From the NCBI RefSeq assembly GCF_000143415.4, contig NW_003314374.1:348978-412977 (forward strand): a stretch of 64,000 bases of DNA, written 5' to 3'. Source of the stretch: Selaginella moellendorffii. Taxonomy: Eukaryota; Plantae; Lycopodiophyta. Below are positions 1 to 14,198 of this stretch, one piece after another. How positions within the stretch are numbered: position 1 is the stretch's first letter; each line of letters starts with the position of its first letter. The notes beneath the pieces were generated by a model. It was not told where the DNA came from and searched no databases. It saw nothing but the letters and a program-made list of their open reading frames with translations. Position numbers and translations under genes: made by a program.

Positions 1-25
1 AAGGACTTTGTTGGGGGGGAAGAAT

Positions 26-548
26 TGTTAGGTGCCAACTTTGACTACGTGGTCAACGTCAGTCAAAGGGAGGCTCAAGGGTATATTAAGGCATGTTAGG
101 GTAAAGGACTTAACCTACCCTAGGGCTCATAGTGGAGTGGCGGCGCAGTGGAGTTTTTGAGGTAGCTTGGGGGTGGTTGGGTCGTGAGGAACCTCAAGAG
201 GTGGCGTAGCATAGTCTAGGGCAGCTAGATCTCTGTCTTTTTGTGGCGGATCATAACAAAGGTATCGGAGCCCAGTTCGATTCTCGTGGCTGACGAGTGG
301 GGTAGGAATATTCTGAAGGAATATTCAACATGGTGGATCTAGAGGGAGAACCAAGGTTTGGTAGACCCTAAGAGAAGGACCATGGTGACCAGAGGGTGGC
401 CTAAGTATGATCGTGGACGATCATTCCCTGACAAGGGGGAGGATTGTTAGGCACCAGGTCAGAATAATAAGATAAGGAAAGGGCCCTACAATCAAATGAT
501 CACCCCTTTAGCCAGTTGGTTTAGGGTGTAAGGGATAGAATCCTAACA
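26..548 (+). mobile_element. TRIM-like tandem/chimeric element: 233-bp LTR (26-258) + PBS + ~185-bp internal + PPT + 104-bp LTR (445-548)
   Basis: Purine tract (12-24) precedes TGTTAGG...ATAACA; GGTATCGGAGC (tRNA-iMet PBS-like) at 261; PPT AGGGGGAGGA before TGTTAGGCACC...CCTAACA; internal part and second LTR nearly identical to the TRIM at 46353-46746. Confidence 0.8.
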
Positions 549-559
549 AACCACTAGAA

Positions 560-2110
560 CGACAACTTCCTTTTGACATTTACATCACAACGGGTATAGA
601 GGTTAGGAGACTGAGAAGAAGTACGTGGATGCAAAAAAAGAAGCAGTGGCTGTTGTTTACACCTTGGAGCGATTTTGTCACTTTCTCACTGGAGCCTGTA
701 TCCATTTCCACGTCTATTTTAATGTGCTAACCGTTCTTTTACAACGACCAGTTCACAGTCTTTGTACTTTATCTTGGATTGTGACCATCCAAGAGTTCCA
801 GCCAACTTTTCACATGCGGCACAACTGTGTGATGGATCCGAGCGAGTTCTTGGTTGCTGAAGCTACTTCCTTTGTAGTCCCAGCAGTATTACAGGACATT
901 GTAGTGTACCTGGATTCAGCTCAGTTCCTAGCAGATTCCTCACTAGTGCAACAAAAGGCATTGGAGATTCGAGCACGGGGGTTTTGCCTTCTCAATAGAC
1001 ACCTTTACAGGAGAACTTCTCAGAAGGTTTTGTTGCGGTGTGTGGGGGAACATGAGGTCCCTGAGCTCCTTTGCGCTTTCCACTCTTGTGCAAGGCATTT
1101 CTCGGGACGGGTCACAACACAACTCCTCTTGTGCCATGGCTACTTTTGGCCTCGGATTCACCAGGATAGCTTGGCCTATGCAAAGGCATGTGAGCAATGC
1201 CAACAGTTCAACCCCCGGAGCCATATTCCACATCTTCCTTTCTAGCTCATTACTTCTCTAGGTCCCTTTTTCTAGTGGGGACTTGACTTCGTCGGCCCGA
1301 TAAACCCACCGAGCTCAAAAGGATAGCAATACATCATCGTGGCGACGGACTATTTCACAAAATGGGTTGAGGCCACCCCTTTGCAACAGGCAGATCAACA
1401 GTCTACAACAAAGTTTTTCTACGAGTACATCATTTGCCGATTCGGAGTTCTTGCTATTTTGGTTTCCGATTGTGGCAATGGCTTCCTTGAATAGGTGATG
1501 CAGCATTTTCTCCAGTAGCTACAGGTCAAGCACGTGAAGAGCAGCAGTTATTATCCTGAGTGCAATGGTCAGGTGGAGTCCAACAACAAGATAATGAAGA
1601 CAGTCACCTCAAAGCTTGTGGAGGATCACCCAAAGTGTTGGCATGAACACTTGGTTATGGTGTTGTGGGCCTTTTGGACGTCCTTCAAGACATCCATCTC
1701 TACAACCCCATTCTCCCTTGTCTATGGGACAGAGGCCATGCTTCCAGTGGAGATCCAAGTGCCATCGCTCTCACTTTCACTTCGATATGCAGCAGCAATG
1801 CAACTTAGCAATGAGGACAAGCTTCATACACGTGACTTGGCTGTTCTTGCCTTGGAAGAACAGCGATGATCCATATCGGAACATCTCCTTCGAGGCAAGC
1901 AGAAGATCAAGTCAATCATTGATCACTAGTGGTCTCCTGAACCATTCGAGGATGGCAATCTTGTTCTACTCAAGGAGTTCACGCCACCTTCGAAGTTCTT
2001 TGGCCCCTACTTTGTTTGTGACACATCGGAGGTGGAGCATACGTGCTAGTTAATGCTGAGGGACGTGAGCTCCCACACGCTCACAACCACTCTCACCTCA
2101 AACGCTTCAT
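560..2110 (+). mobile_element. Degenerate Ty3/Gypsy (Athila/Tat-like) pol fragment: RNaseH end, integrase Zn-finger and core
   Basis: Motifs GYFWP...CEQCQ, WGLDFVGPI, ATDYFTKWVEA, YYPECNGQVE, TPFSLVYGTEAMLPVE, interrupted by stops. Confidence 0.85.
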
Positions 2111-2419
2111 CCGGTGAGGCATTCCTCTTCTCTTCTTTTTCTTTTTCTTTCTTTCTTTCACTTTACTTTCATGGCTCTTTTTCTTTCTTTTACGGGGTGT
2201 TTCTCCGTTGGACTATGGCCCATACCTTGGATTTTGTGTTCATGGTGCATTGCCATTTGTATGGAGGTTCCTTGCTTGGCTTGGTCTATGTTCCAGGTTC
2301 TTTGGCCCTTCCCTTACCATTACTACACTCCACACATTCCTCTCACCCATTCCATATCATCTACACTCACAATTCCATCACCAATCACTTCCAACAACAT
2401 TGCCCACACTTATCTTTAC

Positions 2420-3724
2420 TTTAGCATCCTTAAGATGCCCGTAGACATGGGGAATAGCCTTCCCCAATATCACGTTTACAATCCCCACTAAGTCCCTTTT
2501 TTGTCCATGGCCGTGTTTGCCAACACTACCACTAGGATAAGGCCCATAGGCCTGACCACTAAGTCCTACTATCCTCTGGGACTTCCTCACCACATGACCA
2601 TATCCTTGGTCACTACACAAGAGGACCACTCCTCTTCCTTTCCATAATCTAGGACTTTAGGACAATATTTCGGAACACCTGGCCCTATGCCAGCCTTTTG
2701 GGTACTCTCCCCACCTTCTGCCTTTGGGTGCTATAGCCATGGGCTTAAAATGAGGTTTCGTTGAGCCATGCCATGTATCCAAGTAGATAGTGCCACCCAC
2801 ACTTGGATTGGGAGCATCGACTATTCGATCTCCTAGGGGAACTAGAGCCAGCTCTTGAACACTTCACTAAGCTACCCCGCTTGTCAGTTCGTATTCACTC
2901 TAGCCTTGAACTTCCCAACGGTCATCTCATCACCCAACAGTTGGGTATAGCCTTCTTGGGCCAAATTAGCCTTTCCTGGCCAAACTAACTCCACTAGAGT
3001 CCAACCCCCACACTCTCCCTACTATACTTTTGGAACCCCCTACAACCCCCTACACCCCTCCCCCCCCTGCCCCCTCCCTCCTCCCTGGGGGACGATTGCT
3101 TTAGCCTTTGACCTAACAGCTTGTATTAATATTTGGACTCAGACTCGGACTCGGACTTGACTCGGTCTTAGTCTCGGTCTTGGACTTAGTCTCGATCTCG
3201 GTCTCGGTCTCAGTTCTATCTCGGGTCCATCTCGAACTCCATCTCAGGTCTATCTCGAATCCATCTCAGACTCTATCTCGAACTCCATCTTGAACTCCAT
3301 TTTAGGTCCATTTCAGACTCCATCTCAGACTCCATTTCGGACTCCATCTCGAGTCCATCTCAAACTCCATCTCGAACTCCATCTTGGGTCCATCTTAGAC
3401 TCTATCTCGAGTCCATCTTGGACTTCATCTCGAGTCTATCTCAGACTCCATCTCGAACTCCATCTTGGGTCCATCTCGGACTCCATCTCGGGCCCTTCCA
3501 CATGTCATATGTTGGTCCTCTTGTGTTCTTTTTATAAAGACTCACTTATTGGTTGCTTCATGCTTCTTCCTCGAGCACTTCATTGGGAGTTCCACTCCCG
3601 CTCTCAACTTTTCAAGTCGAAACTTTTAGTCCAAACGTGTTACACTCATTTGGCTTTCGCTTTAGCCACTACCACATAACACTCTTTTAGCTCCACTTTG
3701 GGGCTTAGGGATTTGTGTCTCACA
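2420..3724 (-). mobile_element. LTR (partial) of family carrying 12-bp GAGATGGAGTCC tandem repeats
   Basis: Reverse complement starts TGTGAGACACAAATCCCTAAGCCCC like the copies at 6135 and 55384; CCATCTCGAACT/CCATCTCGGACT array ~3130-3495. Confidence 0.75.
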
Positions 3725-6134
3725 ATCCTAAGGGTGTTAATGTGTGGCCAAGGATGACCACTCTTAGGCAAATGGCCCAATCTTTGAGAGATGGGGTTGT
3801 GATGCAGATGGTCTTAGACTACTGATGTGGCAGGGGTGAATGGGTATAGCTTTAACATAACAAGCTGATATGTTGGTGGTACCTTTGGGTGTCGATCAAA
3901 GAATTAAACACGTAGAGCATTTGGACCAAGTGCCAAGGTTAAGTGACATAGATGCCATTCATTGGGCTAAACTTATGGAGTTCGTGAGTGAGACTCCTCT
4001 AAGTGGACAAAAGTATAGCTTAGTGGTTAAAGTAGAATGGACAAATTAATCATTTATAACATAGTGAATGAGATAAGGACACCTAGTCTTAGTTGTTATA
4101 AACCTTTGGATAAAAGGGCTGGCTTAGGCTCTATCAACTGAGAAGGTTAACTCTGCATTTTTCCCTTGTTTTTTAGAGATTTGTGTGGTTTGTGAGTTGG
4201 AAGAAGTGCAAAAGGAAGTGAAGTAGCATGCTAGAGCCTCAGAGGGGAGATGTAATTGAAGTTGGTAAAGTTCAAGTGGTTTTAAAGTTGAGAAGTTATT
4301 GGCAATTACCTTGCATGTAGTAAGGATTTCAAAGATGAAGATTTTAGGAAGGTTGAAGAGCTCAATGAGGGCTTTCTAACGAGTTCAAGATCAAGAAGGT
4401 TGGACATGTGAATTAGAAGATATTTTGAATTAAAGTTGCAAGAGTGAAGCTTGTGGAGAACCTTCATTAGCAAAACTTCTAGTGTTAAAGCTGGAATATT
4501 TCATATAGGAATATCCTGTAGCTCTGATATATAAAAGATAAAAATAAAGATCAGTGTAATTAAAAATTAAAAAATGAAAAGAATTAATACAATTTAGAAT
4601 TACAAGCATATATACAGTAGCCTAGGAATATTCTGGGAGGTTCCAAATGAGATATCCTAGAATCTTCCTAAGTATTTAGGAGGGTGTATAGGAGGTCACA
4701 AAAGCAGTTATTTAGGAGTGGAAGAGGTGTGTAGAATGGTGCGACAGCATGAAATCCCTAGACATGATCCACATGTAGATCGTGTCACTTGCAATCTGAG
4801 AGTGTGTTGGATAGTAGAGAGACTAAGCATTCAATTAGAGCAGACTATGATGACTTACTGCCCCACCTACAGTCAAGTGTGGTATCGACTGATAAGAGAA
4901 ATCCTGGAAGAACTCCTGAACCCAGCTATCACTAAGCTGATTGATGCCTAGATGTACCCTGTTTCAATCAATAAAAGTTCTAGAGAGACAAACTTGGTGC
5001 TTGGGTGTGTTTGAGTTGAGTGAGTGAGTGAAGTTGGACTACAGACACACTGCCAAGTGTGGGGGATGCCCCCGAGATCATGGTTAATAACTTAAAGGTC
5101 CAAAAATCCTAGTATCTATTAGTAAATAACAAGTGTCAAGGTGAGATCACTAAGTGATTTTATGGATAAATAAGGATAAAATCTTTGTGAAGTTAAGGAA
5201 TAAAGTTTTTAGTTCAAAGTGTTGATTTGAACTATTGGTAATGGTATAACTTGGTCAATGTGACCAAATGGGGAAGACACCTAACTGTGACAATGCAATA
5301 GTATTGTGAGTTCAAGAAAATAATCTCTAAGGAAGAATCCATAAATGGGTCATAAGGATGGTCTATGGATAGATCCCACAACAAAAAATGCTAAGGAAAC
5401 TTACTAGGGGTGAACACTTCTTAGACTTGGCAAAATAGAAGATTTACTATAGAACTAAAAGGATATCTCAAGGATGGAGGTAGAGATTCTATATTGTGTG
5501 ATGTAACAATCAAATGATAGAAGCAAAAGACTAATAGCCAATAATGAACCATAAAAATCATTGGAAAGAATCCAAATGACAATTTAAGCAAAGAACTATC
5601 AAATGGTGGATGTTAACGGATTGTGGGAAAGGAAATATGTATCCAAGGATAGATTTCCTTAACACTCTAATATGGTAAAGGTGAAAGTTCTAAAAGATGG
5701 AATAGTAAGATAGCCAAATAATATAGCCATAAACAATTATAACACAAATTATAAATAAGTGGAACTTAATGCTTAGAGTGGTAGGAAATAGAAGAAAGGA
5801 TGATTGTTGCGAATGTGACTTCAGGTATTGAAAGTTACCTGTCAGTTGGTCCTTTCGGATATTCTTTGGGAAGTGGGATTGAGATAAAAAAGGTATCTCT
5901 AATAAGTTTAGCAAGAAATAAACTAATCAAGAGAGAGAACCACCACAAGTTGTCTAATGAGTTTTTAAGTTGGAGAGACTATGATGGGCAAAACATGGTG
6001 AGCCTTTGGTGTCAAACCATTGATGAATATTAATTTAGTGCTAAGGACAAAAATGGTAATCTATAATAGGGTTACTTTATAAAATGGTTTATTGTTCAAT
6101 GAGGATATCAAACTTCATCTATGAGTGGTAGAGT

Positions 6135-7367
6135 TGTGAGACACAAATTTTTAAGCCCAAAAATGGAGTAAAAAAGGTGCCATATGGTAGTTATCAAAGT
6201 GGAAGTCTAACAAGCGTAACATATTTGGACCAAAATCTCCAACTTTGAAAGTTAAAAGCGGGAATGGAATTCCAAACAAAGTGCTTGAAGAATGAGCATG
6301 AAGCAATTGGTGAATGAGTCTCTAAAAAGGGACATAAGGGTTGATACATAGCAAGTGTCGGGACACATAAAAATGTTAGGAACAAGTCCAAAAAAGATTC
6401 TGAGAAGGAGTTCGAGATGGAGTCTAGGATGAACCCAAGATGGGACTTGAGATAGACCTAAAATGGAGTCTAAAATGAAGTCTGATATAGATTTGAGATG
6501 GACTTAAGATGGAGTCCAAAATGGAGTCCGAGATGGACCTGAGATAGAGTCCAAGATGGACTCAAGATGGAGTCCAAAGTTGAGTCTGAGATAGACTTGA
6601 GATTGAGTTTGAGATTGAATTTGAGATGGACTTAAGATGGAGTTTGAGGTCGAAGCCGAGACCAAGACCGAAACTGGCAGAATGTGGGGAAAGTACCCAT
6701 AAAGCTTGTATAAGGCCAAAGTATTTTGAAATATTATCCCAAAGTCTCAAATTATGGAAAGAAAGAGGAGCAATCCTTTTGTATAGTGACCAAAGGCATG
6801 GTCATGTGGCGAGGAAGCCTTAGAGGTTAGGCCTTCAAGTCCTAACCTAATAGCAGTGTTGGTGAGCATAGTCATGGATGGAAAAGGATTTGGTAGAGAC
6901 TAAAGAAGGGATATTGTGGAAGAGCGTTCCCCATATTTTTTGGCATCCTAAGGATGTTAAGAGGTGGTCTTGGGATGATCACTCATGAATAAAGGGTTTA
7001 GTCTTTGAGAGATAGGACTACAGTATAAGTGGTCTTGAACTATTAATGAGACAAGGGTGAATAAACATGGCCTTAGCATAATGGGCTAATAAGTCAATAA
7101 TACTTTTGGGTTGTCTATCATAAAATTTGACATATGGAGCAATTGAACCAAATGCAAAAGGTAAGTGGCATAGATGTCATTCACGGGGCTAATATGTCCC
7201 CAAGGCTGGAATAGAACTTATAAAGGTTGTGAGTGAAACTCTTCCAAATAGTCAATCACGTAAAATGGAGCGAAATGGAATTTGGCTCAATTTCAATATG
7301 CCGGTGGCGTAATGCAAGGATATAATACTAAGTGACTAAAATAGAATGCAAAATTTAATTGCTTATA
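6135..7367 (+). mobile_element. Solo LTR, 12-bp-repeat family
   Basis: Starts TGTGAGACAC, GAGATGGAGTCC array ~6400-6670, ends AAATTTAATTGCTTATA, colinear with copies at 40961-42398 and 55384-56138. Confidence 0.75.
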
Positions 7368-7654
7368 GTCTCCTATCTAAACTTCCTCATAAGTTAAATT
7401 ATGAGGTGAGATCATGTTAAAGCTAAGGATAAAACCAATTTACTATTGTCTATTTCATGCAGAGGAATAAGAGGTTTAACAATAAGTCAGGGAGTTATTT
7501 AAATTTGGATTTATTTAGCCAAGTAAGTCTTAATTTGGCATATTAGTCTTGCTGGTTTAATATAAATATGTATTAACTACCATATATTGAATAAAAAGAT
7601 AATAAAGGATAAGATGTCAATGCTATACATTGATGATATTTTAAATAAGTTTAG

Positions 7655-9395
7655 TTGTGAATGTGACTATGGGTATCGAAAGTTATTAATTGGCAAGTCT
7701 TTTCAGATATTTTTTCTTTACTACCACAACAACATGGCAAAAGGTCAATATTGCTAATTTCCTTTTTAGCCCCTCTTGTTCAAGTGTTAGTAAACTACTC
7801 TTAGCATCTATACTTAGTTAGATAAACATAATGTAAAAACTTCTATGTGTTTCTTGTTAAGCAAACTTGGCCTAACTCTTAGTTCTCTTTTGCTCTATCT
7901 TGTATTAGCTTAACAAAAACCCTCACGTATTGAGTATAATACATCAATATCATTACTTAGCTTACCATAGCTTACTATATCTATCAAACACCTTCACTAT
8001 CATGCTTCATGTGTTGGTCCCATTCGGTCCTATTAGCTATTTATGGAAAGTGTCTAAATTTGTGAGTTAAGCTGTGAGTTAGGCATAAATACAGAATGTA
8101 AAGTTTGTTTTGAACATGATAGTGTTGTTTCCGCATCCAAATTTGCAATCTAATGTTATTCCATATTTAGTAAATTTTTATAATTGTCCCAAAGACTAAC
8201 TTCTAAGACTGGGGTGAAAATTTGGGGGGGGGGGCGGGGGGGCACTGTAGGGGTTCCAAGTGTATAATAAGGATAGTGGGTAGGTCGTCCATGACCGACT
8301 AACATAAAGCATAATTTAGCCCTATTTGCATGTTTATCTTTGTCTTATATCTGGATTGGGTCTAAACCCAAGCTCCATACCATGCTAGCTGATGGTTGAT
8401 TCTGGCATTAGAATATTAAATGTTTGAAGATTATTTCAATATCATTCCGTACTCTTATCCCTTCACTCTTTAGGCTAAATGCTTAAGAGTCACTTTATGC
8501 TCCAATTCTTTTGCTACTTAGTTGCATATTTAGGAGTATGGCTCTGTCATAAATGTGACTACAGGTATTGAAAGTTATCGGCTAGTCCTTTCAAATATTC
8601 TTCTCTTACTACCATGATGACAAAGGGTCAATATTGTTGGACCCTTTATCAATCCTCTTGTTCAAGTGTTAGTAAACTTGATTTAGCATCTATACTTGGC
8701 CAAACAAGTATAAAAAAGGAGTGTCTATTAGCCAAATATACTTTGCTTAATTTGTTAGTTCTCTTTTGCTTTAATAATAACGTTTGCAATAATGAGTTTG
8801 GTCCCTCAATATTCACTAGATAATAGTTTACTGTGTCTACTAAACACTCTTGCTATTATGCTTTTTGTATTGATCTTGTTTGATCCCATTGCTATTTATA
8901 AAAAGTGTCTAGATTTGTTAATGGTCCTATAGCTATTTATGGAAAGTGTCTAAATTTGCTATTTTGGCATATCTACAAAATGTAGAAATTGTGTTGAACA
9001 CAATGGTGTTGTTTCTACTTCCAAATTCACAATCTAGTACCTTTTTATATTTGGTAAGTTTTATATTTGTCCCAGAGACTAACTCCTAATATTAAAGGTG
9101 ACTAAGGGTAAAATCCCAAAGCATATGTTTCTGCATATAACATGTGGCACATTGAGGTTTAGGTTCCACTTTATGATTAACTTATGGTAAATCACTATAG
9201 AATAAAGGGTGAAAACCAAGCTCCATCCCTTCATTTAGTGGTCTAAGGTTTTGAAACTTGAGTTTTACTCAACTGCTATTGAACACATAGCATGTGGCAC
9301 ATAAAGGGTTTATGTTCTATTTTGTGGTTATTCTATAGTAAAACACCATAAGATAAAGGGAGAAAACCATATGTGTTAACCAAGTGTGCTATATT
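7655..9395 (+). repeat. Two decayed tandem copies of a ~1-kb LTR family (TGTTGCGAATGTGACT...GTGCTACA type)
   Basis: Blocks at ~7655-8400 and ~8550-9390 resemble each other, 50729-51720 and the LTR start at ~5804. Confidence 0.6.
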
Positions 9396-10711
9396 GGTGA
9401 AGTTTGAGTGTTTACCAAGATTGATCTAAAGAGTGGATATTATCAAATTGCAATAGATAATGTGTCTATCTCTAAGATAACATTGACCTAGAGTTTCAAG
9501 TATTTTGAGTTCACATTTATATGATACGGTTTAAAAAATGCACTAGCCATATTTACTTAGTTGATTATAAAGGTGTTTAAGCATTATTTACATAGATTTT
9601 TTTAGATAATTTTTTATTTTTTTTTGCAAGAATATGAAGGATCATAAAGTGTACTTGTGAAAAGTTCTCTTATTACTATATGACAATAAACTTACACAAA
9701 GAGTAAATATGAATTTGCAAAGTCATATTAAGCCACATTGTGATATCTAAGGGTGTCAAGATAGATCTAAGGAAGATGGTTGTGATAAAAAATTGAATTA
9801 TATTAACTTCAATATTGAATTATGTAGTTTCATTGGTATAACTAGTTACTATTGACATTTCTAGTGCAAGTTTGCAAAGATAACTATCTTTTGATATGTA
9901 AAAATATGTTATTTAAATGGAAGAAGCCATAGGAGGATAGTTTTGTAGAATTGAAATGATTATTAAGCAATGCTTCAGTTCTTTGTATTGTTGATCACAA
10001 TTTTTATTGAAAGAATTTAAAGGTCAATATCTTTGAGTATTGCAAATCATATAAGCTTTATCAAGGAGAAGTTAGAAGGGTTTTTGCAACCTTTACTTAT
10101 TCTTTAACCCATTTATGTAATATCTCTATAAACTTCATCACTTATTTGCCATAAATATAGAGGCAAAAGAAGCTAGTGTAGATCATAATGGATCAATTAA
10201 CAAAATATATGTTATTGTTAGCTTTTTAGAAGATTGTTCAAACTTGGCAGATTTATATCTTCTATTAGTGCAATTTAATTATAACAATAATTAGCATAGT
10301 GGAATTAAGTTAAATCCTTATTTTGCCATATTTAGAAAGCATCTCTAACATAGAATTGAAATTGCATTTGAACAAGGATATTTAAGATAAATTTGACTCA
10401 AAGTCAACTAATTGACTACAGAACTTGATGAGATTTTGGTTGATTGCCAATTCTGAAAATATAAAATAAGAGATTTTATCTTTGTGTAAATGACCCTTCC
10501 ATCAAGTGAGTGATGGAACACATTAATGCTGTTGTGGAAAGGCCAAAGTAATAAACTTTTTTATAAACAAACTCGTCCATGGAGCATGGGAAGAGCTCAT
10601 TACAATTTAATGTCACCCTCAATTATTGGGGTGACATTAAACTTGTTTGCGCCTTCATAGTAAAACAATTGCCAGCAAGTTCGTAATTAGGGTTCTTGAG
10701 AGGAGTGAAAA

Positions 10712-12477
10712 ATGGGGCCCCTGGGATCGTCGCTGGCGTCTCAGTTTTGGAATGAGGAGGTGGAATCCACGCGCTCGCTGGAGGCGTGCGTCCGCTCGCT
10801 CCCGCGCGAGCCGCCGCCGCTGGCCATGGTGCGCGGCAGCAAAATCTCGCGCTCGCAGCAGCTGCTGCTGCTCCAGAGGCTCCTCCGCTTGCCCTTTGCA
10901 CCGTCGCTTGCTCCGGATTGTGATTGCCCTAGCGGGATTGTGCTGGATCGCGTGGTTGCCAGCACTGGTGGAACGAATTGGTAAGGCTTAGGCTCTTTTT
11001 TTCTCTCTATTTTCTTTGCTAGTTTCGTTCAGTAGAATGTCCACTGTCCTTTGCCAAACGACGATGAAGAGGAACTAAATTATAATTCAGGTGGGCGACT
11101 CTAACGGGGCGACTGCGAGTCCAGAGACTGTTTGCGAAGCGTCCCGAAGCTAAGTTGGAGCTGAATGGTTTCTCCGAAGCAGCGGCAGAGAAGCAGCAGC
11201 AGCGTGATGGCAAGTGGACGCATGCCAAGCGTCTTCTTGACAAATCGCTCTACGCATTGTGCATGCGAACAAAGCTTCTGCTTGGTCCCTCCACGTCGTT
11301 AAGCATCAAGGCCGAGATGGACTCGCTAGAGGACTGGGGTTCGAGCGAGGTTCCTATGAGAGTTCACTCCAAGCTCCTTCACAAGGTACGCGGGCTCATT
11401 TTTTCCTGGTTTTCCTCTGAGCCAAGTTTTTCCAGGTTGGTTGGTCGCTCGAGTCGAGATAAGAACCAGTTTTGATGCTCTCGTATTGTGGATGCCTGCA
11501 GCTCAAGAAGCACGATTTATCACTGGAGGCTGCATGGCACGAACGTTACATGGACAGAGAAGCTCGTTACTGGGACGTTCCACAGGCTGTCTCACTCGAC
11601 ATTGCGTCCGTGGGATTGAGCTCGGGCTTGTACTACAGGCTTGGTGTCCACCATAGCTCGGGACAGTCGCAGAATTGCTGCGGAGGGGCCGGAAAGGAGA
11701 TTCCATGGGGGGCAATGCCTGGAACTTGTGCTCAAGCAGCTGTATCTTATGGGAAGGAGATTGATATCTGGAAGGAAGACGATGCTCACTTTGGTCGGAA
11801 GCTTCACAAGCCTTACAATCTTCTAGCTGCTCGTCCACATATCACACTTTCTGGAGTTGTCGGTAAGTCTCCTCCGAGAGGAACGGAGTTGTTATCTTTT
11901 TTATACAGGTGGTGTGGTGAATGCAAGCCTTGGACAGAGAAAGCAGCCTCTCAACGCTGCGAATCCTTCGCTGGTGAAATCAAATGGCGATCGCTCCGTC
12001 TCGGCCGATGCATTTGGCTCGCTGGGAGTGACGGCACAGTTCGGTCTCTTTCAGAGGTTTCTCCTCGATCACACCAAGTTTGCTGCTAGAGTTGATATTG
12101 GAGGAGCTTCTTCCACGGTTTCCGCAAGGACTTTGAGCGCAAAGTCATCATCGCCTTCTCTTGCCGATGGACAGAATGGAATTACGTTCGCTCTTACTAT
12201 GCAGCAGCAGGTTTGCTCGTCTTTGTTCCTTGTCTTTGTTTTTTTGTCTGAGGACACTTTTCTTGTGTTTGCTTCTCAGGTGCTCGGACCTCTTCGTGCT
12301 CGTGTGGATTCCAGATTCTCCCCGGATCTCTCGACGTGGAACGCTCGCCCAGCTCTCCAAGAGGTAACATATGGCTTAGATTGCTCCTTGGAGTCTCTAG
12401 GTGCTGCGAAGCTTGTAGTTTGGTACTGTCCGACACGCTCGGAAGGTATGGCAGAAATTCGTTTACTTGAGATATGA
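10712..12477 (+). CDS. TGD4: Trigalactosyldiacylglycerol 4-like chloroplast outer-envelope lipid transfer protein (multi-exon)
   Basis: N-terminus FWNEEVESTRSLEACVRSLPREPPPLAMVRGSKISRSQQL resembles TGD4; later exons YWDVPQAVSLDIAS, QQQV-GPLRARVDSR, GAAKLVVWYCPTRSEGMAEIRLLE; GT-AG introns e.g. 10981-11090. Confidence 0.8.
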
Positions 12478-12687
12478 AAGTTGGATTGGCGTGGTGGCGA
12501 TGATTCCCGACGCCAAGACGACGAATTTTCAGAGCGCTCTAACCGAGAAGAAGGTTTGTTTGTAATCGATAAGTAAAGCTCTTTCCTTGTCTCGGGAAAA
12601 TTTTCGAAGAACACCAGGAAAAAAATGAGTCTTGAAAATATAACTTTGAATGTTTCTGTTTATTTGCTACAATATTATAAATTCATC

Positions 12688-14139
12688 TCAGTATTTGAGA
12701 TGGTCTCTAAGCTTCCGCACGGCCGCTTTCAACGTATCCTCATCCTTGCAAAAGGCAAACCTCACCAAATGCTTGCCATCCTGTGGATCTTCGTAGAAAC
12801 CACTGGGAGGAATCGCTGCCACTCCCACCTTGTGGACCAGATGCATGCAAAACTCCATGTCGTCTTTGAAGCCAAACGGAGTATGATCCACCATGACGAA
12901 GTACGTCCCCTGCGGCTCATAAACCTTGAATCCCACCTCCTTGAGCCCCTGGACGAGGATATCCTTCCTGGCGATGTAAGCGCTCCTCAGATCCTGGTAG
13001 TAAGACTCTGGAGCCTCGAGCGCTGCCACAGCACCCCATTGCAGCGGAGTGGCCGTCGAGAAAGTGATGTTGGAGTGAGCTTGCCGGATGCCATAGCTGA
13101 GATGCGGAGGAGCGATCGCCCAGCCAACTTTCCAGCCCGTGAACGAGTACGTCTTCCCCATGGAGCTCATCGTCACGGTCCTCTCGAACATCCCTTTGAT
13201 CGACGCGAGGGAGACGTGCTCGCCATCGAAAACCAGCCTGCTATACACCTCGTCCGTGAATGCCAAGACGTCGTGCTCCACGCACAAGGACGCGATGAGC
13301 TCCAGCTCCCCCCGGGAGAAAACTTTGCCGGTCGGGTTGTGAGGGGTGTTGACGAGGATCGCTCGGGTTTTGCTCGTGAATGCCGCGCGGAGCTCGTCCT
13401 CTGGCACTGCGAATCCATTCTCCGGCCTGAGCACCACCGTCTTCATCTTTGCGCCAACCATCGCTGTGACTACCTGGTAGACGTCGAAGAAAGGAGCAAA
13501 CATGATGATCTCGTCGCCCGGATCGAGCAAGCCCAGAATCGTGGAAGAGATGGCCTCCGTGCAGCCGCAAGTCACCGTGATCTCGGTGTCGGGATCCACT
13601 TTCAAGCCAGTGTCCTTCTCAAACCTCCTGGAGATGGCGGCATTGAGCTCTGGAACTCCAAACCCCCGCGCGTACTGGTTTCTTCCCACTGTCCGGAGCG
13701 CCTGGATCGCGGCCTCGCGGATGAAATCCGGGCCATCGAAGTTGGGGAATCCCTGCCCGAGATTGATCGCCTGGTGCGTGAGCGCCAGGGAGCTCATGAG
13801 CGTGAAGACCGTGGGCTGGAACTGCTCCAGCCGCTTGGAAACCTGGAAAATCTCGCCAGAATCTCATCACAACCATATCGATTGAGTGGAGTGGCAAAAT
13901 CTCACCTGGAGAGGGCGAGAGATCACGGCAGAGGCAGCGGCAGCGGCAGCGGCGACGCCATTCCCCACCACCTCGTCCTTCTGCGCAGTGGCCGCCATTC
14001 TCACGCCGCCGGATCGCGGCGGCGACAATGGAGGAGGAGGATCTCCAATGGCGTGCGCGTGACCTAGAGATGAAGCTCGCAGCAATGGCTGGCTATGGCG
14101 GACGCCGAATATTCCCGCTAGTGATGAAGAGAGCTCCAT
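12688..14139 (-). CDS. PLP-dependent class I aminotransferase (kynurenine/methionine aminotransferase-like) with transit peptide; one intron 13843-13905
   Basis: AINLGQGFPNFDGP, NTPHNPTGK, DEVY, SMGKTYSFTGWKVGW; upstream exon MELSSS...RPLQ joins VSKRLEQF. Confidence 0.9.
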
Positions 14140-14198
14140 TAGAGTCCTTCTAGGACTCCTCCTCATCCCCTCTTCTTCCAAGAACCCAGTATAAAGAA

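Noticed and set aside
284-345. CTGACGA in the TRIM internal region as a hammerhead ribozyme core (retrozyme)
   Set aside because: No stem II followed by GAAA and no cleavage-site helix could be built; the motif fits a simple CTCGT/ACGAG hairpin instead.
3130-3495. Regular short repeats resembling a CRISPR array
   Set aside because: Head-to-tail 12-bp units with no unique spacers, inside LTRs of eukaryotic DNA.
9420-10620. AT-rich, possibly decayed transposase
   Set aside because: No terminal repeats or motifs I can support.
12625-14067. 480-aa plus-strand ORF
   Set aside because: Antisense shadow of the GC-rich aminotransferase gene; no recognisable domain.
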